From Azolla caroliniana (taxonomy: Eukaryota > Plantae > Polypodiophyta), in NCBI GenBank assembly GCA_043228905.1, contig JBHGNT010000009.1, forward strand, positions 7,750,001 through 7,814,000: a DNA stretch of 64,000 bases. The letters are read 5' to 3'. The position numbers and the translations under genes are program-made. The notes below the pieces were generated by a model. That model was given only the letters and a program-made list of their open reading frames with translations, ran no database searches and was not told the DNA's origin. Of the stretch, positions 15,901-29,053 are shown piece after piece. The stretch's first letter is position 1. Each line of letters opens with the position of its first letter.

Positions 15901-17028
15901 TCGGCCTCTTGAAAGCCACAAACCACAAGTTTGGACACTTAAAAAGCATATTTGAGCACAAAAATGTATGTTTGGACACCGAAATGCATGTTTGAGAACC
16001 ATAGCAACTGTACATATAATAGCTATCTGGAAGAAATAGATAATAATTTCATTTGAGCACAAAAATGTATGTTTGGACACCGAAATGCATGTTTGAGAAC
16101 CATAGCAACTGTACATATAATAGCTATCTGGAAGAAATAGATAATAATTTCATACCAGATTTCGACAACTCCGATATACACAATTCAGAATATTATCTAC
16201 TCAATAGCCCCTACTGTATTTTAACTAGATCTGGAAAAAACCAAGGACAATTTCCCATGACGTCTACACATTTTGAACAGTTCTGGTACATAAATAAACA
16301 TGTAGTTAGAGCATCATGCGCTGAATAGATCCTACTGTAAAGATATGGTACTCGGAACAAAGGATTACGCTTTCATATGAAGTTTCAATATTTAACAGCT
16401 CTGGTACACACAAAAAGAATATTTTTATGAAATAGGGAAACAAAAATGCCATTTTGAAACATAATAAAAAACTATAGCTACTACTGTGGCTGCGTCAAGC
16501 TGGTACTAAGTTAAAATACTTTCAAATGAATTTAGAAGTCTTTAACAACTCTGAGACACACGGAAAATTGCATTTTCCCCTCACATTTGGAACATCCCAA
16601 GACAGCATAGCTACTATTGAGACAGCATCCATATGAACGAAAGTTACACAAAATCTACATAAAATTTCAACATGTTTTTTGGAAAAATAAAAATAAAAAT
16701 AAGAATTCAACATGATAAACAGCGTATACAAACTGAAAATCGCATCTTTCCGACACAGAAAATCAAAACACGTGTTATGGAACATCATAGGTACTAGTAT
16801 AGCTGTATATAGATATATGAATAGGTTCAGAGCATCAAATAGCACCATAGCTACAACCAGTACGGTAGGTAATTCGAACTTACCTGTGGTCTCTGAATTC
16901 TTCTCCTTCTTCTTCTTCTTCTTCTTCTTGTCTATGTCCTTCTTCTCTTTCATCTTGGAGCTCGTCATATTTTCGTGATGATCTACGTTGAGAGGAAAGG
17001 CCATTCCAGAGGGCATCGTTGCGGCCAT
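7695..17028 (-). CDS. RH5: DEAD-box ATP-dependent RNA helicase, DBP3/RH5 (STRS1)-like; 15 coding exons, about 577 aa
   Basis: Manually spliced GT-AG exons: 17028-16884, 15728-15645, 15505-15113, 12685-12564, 12460-12353, 11820-11740, 11481-11403, 11288-11203, 10932-10876, 9616-9549, 9047-8979, 8885-8792, 8647-8483, 7957-7865, 7784-7695 (1734 nt, frame continuous). Motifs: Q motif [48 protein letters not shown]. Lys-rich N-terminus and C-terminus [22 protein letters not shown] are typical of DBP3/RH5. Start context gccATGg. Confidence 0.93.
12767..13468. repeat. Tandem duplication (about 350 bp x2) in helicase intron 3, each copy with a (GA)n tract
   Basis: ctctaatccctcccc..aaagaaaagcaagtaa...ttccagaggat.gtaaaactc starts at about 12767 and again at about 13124. 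Confidence 0.9.
14126..14869. repeat. 247-bp tandem repeat x3 in helicase intron 3
   Basis: attgggattggtagtgtggacatt recurs at 14127, 14374 and 14621; ORFs 14263-14466 and 14510-14713 are identical and offset by 247. Confidence 0.95.
15950..16153. repeat. About 102-bp tandem duplication in helicase intron 1
   Basis: tttgagcacaaaaatgtatgtttggacaccg...gataataatttcat is present twice head-to-tail. Confidence 0.9.
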
Positions 17029-17114
17029 GGCGAAGCTCGGGAGCCCTGCGCTGCCCTGCCCTTTCCTTCCCGTCAGTCAGACAGTCTTTCTTTCTGGAAT
17101 GTATGTGAGGATGG

Positions 17115-17404
17115 AAACCCTAATCAGGAGGTTTAAGGAAGAAGGGCAGCAGAAAGAAACTCTCCTCTTCTTTCCGAGATTTCTCTTATTTCCCCAGATG
17201 CCCCTGCTGGTACCCTTTTCACTATTTCCACCCCATGCCCTTGGCCCTACCCTGCCCTACCCCTTCCATCATTTCCCAACAAACTCACACATTTTCAAGC
17301 CATATGTGTCTCTATGTCCCGATTCAATCGATGCCTCCCGATGCTCCACAACCCCAGCTGACGCATGTTGCAATTGAGAGCCTGTGAAGACATCTGTGGG
17401 CCCA
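17115..17404. promoter_or_regulatory. Telo-box (AAACCCTAA, 17115-17123) and site II (TGGGCCCA, 17397-17404) upstream of the helicase
   Basis: Both motifs are seen directly, about 90 and 370 bp upstream of the ATG. The telo-box/site II pair is established for plant ribosome-biogenesis genes, which fits a DBP3-type helicase. Confidence 0.55.
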
Positions 17405-20400
17405 AAAATATAGGACAAGCTGACTCGAATGTGCTTACGTTTGAGTGTGATACTTGTACTCACTGACTTGTTCGGGAGAAAATAGGCATGATCAATAGAG
17501 TCCCCTTTGCCGATGCATTGATCCAGCATGTCACGCATTGAAGAGAATGTGAGATAAGGTTTATAGAAGCAAACGCGATGGGGATGAGCTATGGCATGCA
17601 TGCCTAGGTGTGGCTTACTCGTTTGAAGAATAATTGGATTTTATTAGTTTGATACGACATCTCGTGTGATGTACGAAGTATTCATTAGTCTCCGCGCCTT
17701 TCCAAGTCATTATGCATTGAAGTTGTAATATTCAAACTTCATTTGTTGAGGGACTTCTTGAGCTATCATGAAGTAAGTGTACTGCAACACATCATCCAAA
17801 CCATTTCTTCATATCTTGCATCCATCAAAAACATGATATATTTGCTTTTGTGGATCATTTGGACTTTTTTCACAAGGGTTCTATGCAATTCTAGGAAGTC
17901 AATGCGAGTTTTCTTTTTAAATCTTCAACATGTGCAAGAAAACCCTCTTCATGCCCATGCTTTTGATGGCATGATCTCAATAAGTAGAAGCATATATGGC
18001 ATTTGTATATTGACTCAACAAAACCTAATAATAAGCATCAATGTCCTTAAAAGTGACATTCACTTTTAGCCCATAATCACCAATAACGCAACTTACAATT
18101 CATTTGAAGTATGTAAAGATTAAAACATGAAGGCGGTTATCTTTTCTCGTTGATTACAATAAATTTGTGGTGGGAATAAATTCAAGATACAATCAAGTTT
18201 TGTTTAATATAGTTAACCCTATCACATGGGGCAAGAGATATTAGGATGAGCAAAATATTGGGGATATCTCTAAGTCTTGACATGGCAAGTCTACAATCGA
18301 GAGTGTCATGTTGCCAATGTCACACGATGTGCAACCACCCCTAGTGCAAGGAATTTGTCCATTTTAAAATGTTGTTTTTAAAAAAGCAAGAGGTACAAAG
18401 TTTCAAACTGAACATAATTTTTGGTGCACAATAATGTGAAGAGCTTGGGGTGGCAAATGGAGGTATAACTAAATGATGGATATCATCTAGATAGCGTACG
18501 AGTTGGGGGGGTCAATAGTAATTGAAAGGAAGTCCATTTGTAAGATAAAATATCGAGATGATGTTACACGACAGGAAGGAAAGAGCAATTGAGTACCTCA
18601 AGATGGCGAAATTATTTGAGATTATCTCTACCAAGAAGGTTCAAATGGGTGCAGAACAATCTTGAAAGTGATGACATTAAGGGTGGACGCTAATGTCACA
18701 TATGTTCACAAGAAAGAGGATCTAGGCGTTGTCATGGTTTTGATGAATCATATGACAATGTCATGATGTGGTGATCACTGTTAAGATTCTATTACTAATC
18801 AATAGACCAAAATAAAGTAAAAGAAGAAAAATAGATTGGATAGAAGAACCCGTTCCACCTGACCACCCACGAGCTATGATCTAGACATAGCCAACCTACC
18901 ACCAACGTCCCATACCGCCGGATATTAGGATGACTAATACCTTGGAAGAGATTACACGATCATCGAGACGAAAGCCTAGCCCGCACCATCGGTGTCTAAG
19001 ACAACAGCCTTCTGACGTAATGTGCTTATGAGGGTAGCTAAGTCTCATATTTATACATTTTCCTAGGCCCCTTGAATAGATGTGCCTTTCTAAAAGGCTC
19101 TCCATTCATTGGTTGTCCAAATCATGATAGTGCATGCACCTATCATTCCTTCTATCCAATCACATTAGTCCCCTTTTTAACATTAGTGAACATACCCTTC
19201 ACTTATGTAAATATTAATGACCTACCCTCACCTATATTATGTGTACATAACAATCACAATGGGAGAAAGTGCCAAAAAAGTGAGCCTATGATGGAAGAAA
19301 TAAAGATGAAATATACATCAGGATTAAATATAATGATGAGATATAGTTCAACTAGCAAGAGTTAACTATTAAAATGATAGGGTATAAGGTTCAAGATTTG
19401 TTACTATGACGAGTTGCGTGTGAAAGCTCGTAGACGCAACTGACTTCACCGGTTATGAACATATAATATATGCAGGTTTAATGGAAGCTTCACGAAACAC
19501 AGAGAGAGTGGGAGAGACAAAGAGAGCAAAACAGTAAACTCAATTAAAAAATAATGAACACTCTGTACATACAATGTGCTCAATGAGTAGTTTTATACAA
19601 GTCCTTAAAAGGACTGCCAGAAGTATTGACACGCACTTCAATGCTCATACCGAGTGACTGACACTAACTCCTAAAAATACGCCTACTTACTAGGCTAGGA
19701 TTGTAGGACTCTAACGGCCTTCCGGTTACACTTACGATCTGGCTCTTGGTTCTAGGTACCAATCCGGACACTAACCCGAATACTGATCTGGTTCACCATT
19801 CCGGATACCGATCCAGATCCGGTTGAGCTTGTCCACTCTCAACACTCCCCCTCAAGCTCAACTTGAGGTCGGATCACGGTATAGGTGTCCGTTGGTCCTT
19901 TCCTCCGACTCCTCCTAGCGTCTTCTCGCCTCGCTCACGCTCCTCGACTCGTCCTGTCCGCTTTCCACGACCCGTCTGATTCAACAATCATAAGACCCAT
20001 TTAAGCTCCTTCATTGCTGTGACTTTGGCACTTCTCGACCGGTTCCTCCGTGTCGACGTTGACATCTGTTGTCTTCGTGTACGTTTGGCCTTTCTGCTTT
20101 CCACGACTCGTCTGATTCAGCGCACTTCGACCTTCTTCGTCGGCTTGTCTGCTCATAAGACCCATTTAAGCTCCTTCATTGTTGTGACTTTGGCACTTCT
20201 CGACCGGTTCCTCCGTATCGACGTTGACTTCTGTTGTCTTCGTGTATGTTTGGCCTTTAGTTGATTCGGCTTCTTCGAATCAAACACCTCTTCCGAATCG
20301 GCTGCCTCTGATTCATTCCAACTCTTGTCCGAATTGACTATCTCCAATTCGTCCTCATCCTCCAGGACCTTTACCATATCACACCATGTCTGGGTCTTGG

Positions 20401-21012
20401 CCTTCTTGTTCCAGTCGGCTCTGTTCTTCTAGACTCTGATGTCGTCGCCGCTCGTTCCGACTTTTTCAGATGTGCCGATTTCTTCCGTCGACTCAGCTCT
20501 TTTTTTCTTCTTGTCTCCCCCTGTTTTGGTCTTTTCCTCTTTCTTATCAGTTGTTTCTCTAGTGTCTTTGCCTTATTTTCCGGTTCCTGTTCCATTTCTT
20601 CCCCTCAAGTGTGGCATGTCGAGATGCTACAACCCAAGCATCTCTGAAAAATGCTACAACTTGTCCCATCCCGAGTGGCTTGGTGAAGATGTCGGCAACT
20701 TGCCGATCCGTTCGATCATACCAGAGTTCAACTTCACCGCTCAAGTCCCGCTCATGCACAAAGTGATAATGCACTTCTATGTGCTTCGTCCGAGCATGGA
20801 ACACAGGGTTCTTGGCCAACTGCATGCTACATATGTTGCCGCAGTAGATCGGGATTGGAGTCGGTACTTCGATTCGGAGGTCCTGTAGCAGCCGCCGAAG
20901 TCAAATGGCTTCACAGGTGGTGTCGATAGCGCCTTGATACTCAGCCTCAGTGCTTGATAAAACCACTGCTAGCTGCTTCTTGTTCCTCCATGCAACAACC
21001 GCACTCCCGAGA

Positions 21013-23685
21013 AAGAAAGAAAGAAAGAAAGAAAGATATATTAACGTTGTCGTGACGATTTTCGGCTACGGTGTGAAACCGAGTGAGATGAATAAACCAA
21101 GGATGTGCACATACACTTAGCAAATAAGCCTCCTAAGGCCTAGTGGCACTTGAGTTCATATAGAGGGGTGCAAGCAAGGTTTGAACCTTGCACCTCTAAG
21201 ATACAAGATAATTGCCTTACCACTAGGACAACTATCATATAGTGTAAATTTTATGTATTTCCTTTTCATATACAAATTATAGACGAAACAACCATAGAAA
21301 ACCATGTGCACAAAACCATGGTTTTAAACCCATGGTTTGTGCATGACATAAGCAAAACCGTGTGCACAAAACCATGGTTTTAGCCCATGGTTATGTGCAT
21401 GTCACGAGCATGGAAAGACCTATAAAAGCCTCTAGTTGGGCTTGTGTAAGGGGGGCTCAATATGTGATATCACCAACACCATTATCATCAATATAATTAT
21501 ATTTGTCTTTATAATCTTCATGTTTTTCTACTTCTCAAGTGTTCAATTTTTCTTCTTCTCAAGTAAACCAATTTCATCTAATCTTACATTGATCGTCATC
21601 TCTTCGACAATTCCGCGAACATCCTCCCCAGTCCAAGACCCCGGTGGTCGCTCGAGTAGCACACGCACGCGCGAATCTTCGCGACAACGTCTTTTAAGGC
21701 CAAAATTGGCCCATTAGACAAATGGTTTACAACAAAAATGGGATATTTACCCATTCATCGAAGTAAAAATAAAAATAAGATGAAAAATAGAGTTTAAGCT
21801 AAATAGTTCTAAAAAATAACAAACATGTTTTATATAGAAACATGTTCTACTACAATGAAAATGGTGTTATACAATTGTTATTTTCATTTCCATCCAAGTC
21901 TCTCGAAGAGAAGCGGAAGGTCAAAGGGTTGCGATGTGGATGTGGCCCGTGGTCCCCGTGTAAGAGGTACCCCAACCATAGCTTCTAGTCGACGTAGCTC
22001 ACGTTCCCTTATCTTCTTAATCTTGTCTACTCCACGTTGACTTGTTTTGAAGCCCAACATTCGAGGGCGTTTCGTTGTTCTTTGCATTTCTGCTTCCTCA
22101 AGAGAGAGGCCGAGCGGCGTAAGTGTATCCACATTCATCGTCTCCCCTTGTTCCTGAAAAATTACACTAGTTACATGGTGATGAATACTAAGAGGGTTAT
22201 CGTTAGCACTTTGTAATTTATTCTCCCTATGTTGTTTTAGGTCTAAGATATATCTACCTAGTCTCTTTACATTCGGGGTATCTAATAGTTTGGAGAGGGT
22301 GGGAGAGGGTCCTAGTATGTCTTGGTATTCCGCTCGTATCTCGGCATAAGTTGGGCATTTGCATGTGAAGTGATACTCATCCTCTATCTCTATGTGGCAT
22401 AACCTACATAACCTTTCCTCTCTAGGGACTCTATTAGCCCGACCATTCTCAATCTCAAGTTGGTGAGATGATATCCTAAGTTGTCCAATGGCCACCCTTA
22501 GTGCATTTGATAAGAATGTATCTAAATATCTTGGTCGTGTAATAAAGCCTAGCGTAGAGAAGCGCAAGAAGTGTTCCTTATAGTACACCATTTTAGATGG
22601 GAGTGGTTCTCGTGGGGTGATCCATTTGTATCGAGTGTAAATTTGCCATATTTCTTGGCGTATCACTTTATTACGATCTTCGTGAGAGATTAAAGTTTGA
22701 TCAGTCCCATGGTTGTACTTAAGGGGAGGTAGGTTATTAATGTCTATGCCGTTCGCACGGAGCCAACTCACCACGATGCTATACCAAGAGCTAGTGTCGC
22801 CAGACACATATAAAGATCGAGACGCCTCAAAGGCTCGACGGGATATCCTATCTTGTGGTTGTCTATGTATCCGATGAATAAAAACTACCACTTGAAAGAG
22901 TGCTTCTACTAACATCGGGGGTAGACTGAACTCAGCTCTAATAATGTCATGTGGTACTGTCGATTTGCTTCGGAGTTGACGTGATAACATCGTCACTAAA
23001 GGTCTCTCTAATTGCGTCCACATGAAAGATGGTAAACCTGGAGCCCATACTACTGATGCATACATGAGGGACGGGGTCACTAATGAGTCAAAAAGCCATC
23101 CCTTAGTCCGTGGCTCTTGAAAGTATGCCTGATGGCATTGTCTCTCTAAGAGTGAGAGGGATGCATACCCTCTCGTTAGCCTATCTTTGGCTGCCTGGGT
23201 CATCGAGAATTTACCTGAGCGAGCACTAAAGGTGACTCCCAAGTATACATACGATCCCACTACCTCAACTGGTTTATGAGAGAGGATTAGGTGACATTGA
23301 CTCCTAACTCGGGACGATGTATGAAAGATAAGGACTTTGGTTTTCGCTAAATTCACTACCAGTCCTCGTTGTGTACAAAAGTCATCCAGGGCATTAAGAT
23401 GCTTTTGTAGGTCGTGTTCCGACTCTGAGAGCAAGACAATGTCGTCTGCGTAGAGTAAGAGACTAACTTGCGTCTCCCCAATAGCTACTCCCTTGCCTCC
23501 CTTACGAGCAATAAAATCAGTGATCTCATCAATGTAGATCCCAAAAAGAGTCGGTGATAGGGGGCAACCCTGTTTTACACCAATGGTGCTAGTGAAACAA
23601 TCGGATAGGCCACATGGGCATCTTACACACCCAGAGACTTGCTCATATAGGGCATAAATGGCCCAGATCATGTCATCTGGTATCT
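21013..23685 (-). mobile_element. 5'-truncated non-LTR retrotransposon (LINE, RTEX-like) with (TTTC)n tail and TSD CCGAGA
   Basis: Open RT C-terminal half 23685-21884 (GVKQGCPLSPTLF, LLYADD, YVYLGV) plus C-terminal Cys/His knuckle ERLCRLC..IEDEYHFTCKCPTY. The 3' end is a (TTTC)n tract at about 21012-21035. CCGAGA occurs at 21007-21012 and 23686-23691, and the host copia frame resumes on both sides. Clade label is from motif recollection. Confidence 0.88.
21048..21686 (+). mobile_element. Solo LTR (639 bp) inserted in the LINE 3' UTR
   Basis: Termini TGTCGTGACGATT...AATCTTCGCGACA (11/13 inverted match); flanking ACGT duplication at 21044-21047 and 21687-21690; TATAAAA at 21421; internal palindromic aaaaccatggtttt repeats. 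Confidence 0.75.
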
Positions 23686-26600
23686 CCGAGAGAGAACATA
23701 AAATCGGACGTTGACCGTCAATCCGACGCATCACCGGTCTAGTCGGCATCTGTATAACTGACTAGCTTTTCAGTTATACCGTGTCGGTATAACAGTCCCT
23801 GATCCTTAGTGTCACTCACATATCGCAATAGTCAATGCGCGAATTGAAGGTGTTCGACGGTCGGCTTCTGCATAAATTGATTGATCACTTCGACCGTATA
23901 GCTGATGTTGGGTCGGCCAGCAAGCCATGGAGACCCATATGTGTAATGTAGACCGAGTTACAATTCCTACCCATTTTGCAAAATCGATTACAGGGCCAGA
24001 CGTGGTGGATCACCATAATCCGGCCATTAAGGTCATCCTACAAGGGGAAGAAATCTCGGGGTGCATAGTCGATGGAGGTTCGGGAGTGAATGTCATTAGC
24101 AAGGCCACTTGCACCTGCCTTACAGAGTGGGAAGTGTGCCCAGTATGGCTCCGCATGGCGGATACACGTTCCATCCGACTATTGGGGCTACTCCGCAAGC
24201 TAAAAATTATGATAGGCGGACATACATTCGAGATATCAGCTGTTGTATTGGCCCTTGATGCTCCTGGCGCTTACCCCCTCCTGTTAGGCCGCCCATGGTT
24301 GTGCTCCGCGAACATCAAGCAGAATTGGCAACACGATAACATCAATTTTTGACGAGGGTGAGCCAAGGTTTGAGTGCCAACGCAGGAAAGCACCCCGCCC
24401 ACCAAAGCTATGACTCTGTTTTACGTGGAAGAAGTCCACATGCTCGAAGGGTTAGACGACGAGGAACTAGAAACTTATATGGAGGAGAACCCTCGAATCA
24501 TGCCATTGTTCGAGATCTATGTCATCGACACGACTGGAGCATACGCCACACTTGCGACAACCGACGAAGAGGATTTTGAACCCAATACGAAGGCTCTTAT
24601 GGGGCTCCATAGGGCACAGTACGCGTTTGATCGAGAAATGGAAATCTCTCGACGCGTCATGGCATCGACCTTAGAAGAAATCAATGTCGGGACTGCCGAT
24701 GCGCCGCGCCCTCTCTCGATAGCGAAGGACCTACCTCCTTTGGGAAAGGCAACCATGATCGACCTACTGCACGAATATAAAGACGTGTTCGCATGGTCGC
24801 ATGAGGATATGAAAGGGATGGACCCCAAGTTTTATTAGCATCAAATTAACCTGGCGATGGATGCAAAACCCGTCCAGCAAAGGCATTACCGCATGAACCC
24901 AAACTATGCGGCACGCGTAAAAGAAGAAATTGATATGCTTTTGAAAATTTGGTTTATCAGACCAGTCAAGTAGGCAATGTAACTGAGTCCGATCGTAGTT
25001 GTACCCAAAAAGAATGGGAAAATTTGCGTTTGCGTCGACTATTGGAAACTCAACGTGGTAACAATTACAAATGATTTTCCCCGTCCTTTCATAGATGGCG
25101 TACTCGACATCGTAGGAGGGCACGAAATGTATAGTTTTCTGGATGGGGTCAACGGCTATAATAAGATCTGCATGTATCCAGACGTTTAGGAAAAGACCAC
25201 TTTGTGACGGTTTGGGGCGTATTCGTAGCGGCGGTGATGATGTTCGGGCTTAAAACAACATCGACAACATTTCAACGCATCATCACAAAAATCTTCGGCG
25301 AATACATACTTGTTTTCATGTAGGTCTTCTTCGACGACTTTGTAGTTTATGGTGCGTGAGACAAGCATTTACGGCACCTCCGGTTTTGTTTAGAATGATG
25401 CATCTCAACACGACTTAGCCTTAATCCAGCCAAATCGTTCGGTGTCACCAGTGGGGCTCTCCTCGGGCACATAGTAAGCTGAGAAGGCATTGCGATTGAT
25501 CCATGAAAGATCAAGGCCATCATTGAGACCCCTACCCCAAAGAATGCAAAGGTCCTAAGTCGTTTTCTGGGGCAGATCTGTTGGAACAGTCGGATGCTTC
25601 GCTATCTACCGGATTTTGCGACACCCTTGCATGTGGCAGTGCACCAACCATTCCTCTTGTTCATGGATGCATCAGACATAGCAATTGGCAATGCACTGAT
25701 GCAGTTGACTGAGGCGAATTGGTATCAACTAGTCTATTACTCTAACCGGAAACTGTCAGTCGTTGAGCGTAACTACTCCACGACCGAGCATGAAGCCCTC
25801 GACATGATATATAACATAAATAGATTTTGACACTACCTACTATGTCAGAAATTCGTCTTTCACGTGGATCACGTGACCCTCATCTATCTGGTTTCGAAGC
25901 AATCGCTTACAGGGAAGCTGGCACGATGGAAGTTGTTATTACAGTAATTCGAATTCGAAATCCATTGGCTAGGCGCTCAACATGCGGTGGCTGATTATCG
26001 AAGAGGTATCGAAAATGGCGAGGATGTTGTCGAAGGAGATGATGACTTTCCGGATGGCGGAATCCTAGGCATTTCGGCAATCGAAGCCGAGACAGACAAG
26101 TCGTCACCATACGACAAATAGCATGAGGATATGAGACATTTCTTGAGCACAGACCTACCACCTCCACAAATGCGAATGGATGAAAAGGAATGCTTGGCAG
26201 TCAGGAGTCACAACTTTTGCCTACTAGAAGGAACCTTGTATCACAAGGGAAGCGATGACATTTGGTGCGTTCGCAATGATGAGAAGGAAGTTACGAGAAG
26301 CCCATTGTGGTATAGCCAGGGGCCATTACGCCGGAGACACTACCGACAGAAGATATGGCAAGGTGGGCTCTGTTGGCCAACCACATAGAAGGACGCCCAA
26401 GCATACTGCCGAGAATCTGACATGTGTCAGCGAATGGGACAACCTATGGAGTGAGCCCGAATGCCGCATCAGCCCGTGCTCCCATCAGAGACATTCCAAA
26501 AATGGGCCCTCGATTTCGTCGACCCATTTACCCTAGCCGCGGGCGGTGCACACAGGCAACAAATACGTTTTGGTGGCAACAGATCACTACAACAAATGGG

Positions 26601-27826
26601 TCGAAGCGAAAGCCTTGCAGGACAATACGGCGACATCCACCACAAAAATTTTATATGAGAACATCGGGTGCCGTTCCGGCTGTCCTATCGAACTCATCAG
26701 TGACCAAGGAGGCCACTTCCAGAATACGGTGATTCACGGGCTCACCGACCACTACGCCGTAGTCCAGAAAAAGGGTACTCTGTACTACCCTCAGGTGAAT
26801 GAACTCACGGAGTTGAAGAACAAAACTTTACAAAACATTTTGAAGAAAATAATCAACGAAAACCACACAGATTGGGACACTAAACTTCACAGCACCCTAT
26901 GGGCATATCGAACAAGCTTCAAAACCAGTATACATTCCACCCCATTCCTGTTAGCGTTTGGACTCAAAGCCGTAATGCCCGTCTAGTTCCAAGTCCTGAG
27001 CTTGCGGATACAAATTCGGGAACGCCTTCCCGAAAAATAGTCGGAACAGCTATGCTTGTAGCAACTTCTCGAACTCGACAAAGATAGGGTATGGAGCATG
27101 GCGATCTTGGAATAGGGGCAACGCCGTTGAAAAGTGTTTGTTGATCGGCATCGAGGAGGTAACGAGAAATATTTCAAAATTGGAAAAGTTGTACTCATGT
27201 TCCAAACACGTATGGGACAAATGCCAGGAAAACTCTAATTTCGGTGAACAAGGCCGTACTGGATAATCGATGTCGAAAATGGTACTTTCGATCTCAGCCC
27301 TCTTGCTGGGGAATTTTTACGACAAAAGATCAACGGCTTCCGACTCAAGCCGTACTGGGGACCCACACCGTCGAACCCTTTCTGAAACATTGCGAAATTA
27401 GCGGAGGCAAATGCTGGCCCACTCCCTGTCACATCAATTTTGGGGGGTGAACCCATACCGCATTAAATGCGACCCCACTTTGTAATCATGTACCATTAAT
27501 GTACCATAGTAACAACCATGACCATTAGGTGTGGAATGATAAAAGAAAAGAAAAAAGAAAAAAAGGCATTTAGAACTATTTAAAGCTCAAGATTGCATGC
27601 AGACGCAGATCCCAAGAAAGCAAGTACATGCGTGCACACCATGGCTCGACGAATCTTGAACCCTTACATTCCAACCTCACAAAAAGGGGATTCGACCCAT
27701 TTTTCTGCATAGAACTGAGAATCTCATCGCTTTCTAAACTCTCCTCGCTCCCTTCCCTCAGCTCGCTCCCCTCGCTCGATCCAGCGCACAGACAACCTTT
27801 TTGCACCACTTGATGCCGACAACGCC

Positions 27827-28484
27827 ATGCCGATCAACATTTCCCTTTCTCTTCAATGGTGGCTTCATGACCACGGCCTAGCATGCTACATCCAAGTGGC
27901 GGAGGCACCGCCCCACCCCAACTCCCACGACATGGCGACCAAGATTAACATTGATACAATCATCAACGCCACGATCACAAAGAAGTTGGGCCTGACATCG
28001 ATAGGAGAACACCACTTTGAGATCCCTCCCTCAGAGGTCCTCGAACGCTACTTTGGCGAATATTCCCTCTCAGCCAAGGCGTATAGGACACGGGATGCCC
28101 CTAACCCATTCTTTCGAGAAATCGTGAAGTTCTTGTTAAAGGTGGGGTGCGTACACCCGAATGCGTATGGGATGCCGAAGCAGAAGGCCAACATCATCAT
28201 TTCGACTTTCGAAGGGCACACAGTTGACTATGGGGGTGATCACAAGGTCGTCCCTACACGAAGGACTCCACGCTTTCCAAGTAGATAAAATGCTCCGCCC
28301 AATAATCCAACAATATTTTATGGTATTGTTTCCCCCACAGACTCTTCCAGCTCCGGGCTCGGCCCGTCCATTGCCAGCTCCGTGTCAACAAAAGTGGCGG
28401 CTTGAAGACCTCACCACGATAGAATGGGAGGAGGAAGGCAACACTTGGGCCCTGGAAACCATCGTTCCCCGAAATGAGCAGTAG
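27827..28484 (+). pseudogene. Extra ORF 1 of the gypsy element (one frameshift near 28240); unknown function
   Basis: Overlapping ORFs 27827-28288 and 28161-28484 join at FEGHTVD/YGVITRSSL; coding-like composition; same strand as pol. Confidence 0.5.
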
Positions 28485-29053
28485 ACCCTGTTGTCCCCTT
28501 CTTCGGAAGCAACACCTTCGATTTTCCTTCCGGAAATCGGATCAAGGGATTGTGGTACGTGGTGGAAAAATAGATTGTGCACGAGACTTGCTCTGCAATC
28601 AGTGTTGTGTAACAAAATGGTTGGCATCACTTAGCCGTAGGACACGATCTTAATTCAAGAATCAACTACCAAGCGTGACCATAACACAAAACAGAATAGA
28701 CCCAAAACCATATATATTTATATTACGAGTGGAGAAACAACGATACACGGTTCACAACCGGAGTTACAAGAAAAGTATTCTCAAATGCTTATAGTATCCT
28801 ATTCTAGCTAGGGGGCTTCCTCTCTCCTCTGTTCACCCTCTTCCTTTCATTTCTCCTTCATGTTTTTATAGCTTTTCCTTTCCCCGCTCGGCGTGCTTCA
28901 GTCTTCCATCATTTTCGGCTGCACGTATTGCGATTGTGTTCATTCGGTTGTAAGGGGGTTGTGTTTCTCTTGTTACTTTCCTGATTACGGTTGCTTTCAC
29001 ATACTTTTCCTACCTCCAGATTCGTTTCACACTTAATATACAAAAATTGGTCC

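Larger units (their letters stand above)
19399..23920 (-). mobile_element. Ty1/copia remnant (RT end, RNase H, 3' extension, PPT, 3' LTR 19399-19844), interrupted by a LINE at 21013-23685
   Basis: RNase H end LAKNPVFHARTKHIEVHYHFV...QVADIFTKPL (20559-20825). 23692-23920 translates on minus as RPNISYTV..QFMQKP..LLRYV..YTDAD*..RSTSDFMFSLG and resumes as LGSAVVAW left of the LINE. PPT ttgagggggag (19845-19855) abuts the LTR, whose termini are TG..CA. Confidence 0.85.

Noticed and set aside
16988-17601. ORFs upstream of or antisense to the helicase start as a divergent gene
   Set aside because: No recognisable domain or splice structure; composition fits promoter/5' UTR.
23686-23749. N-terminus (MPTRPVMRR...) of the 621-aa ORF as the LINE start
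   Set aside because: It lies beyond the TSD and is copia RNase H sequence read in another frame; the LINE is 5'-truncated at 23685.
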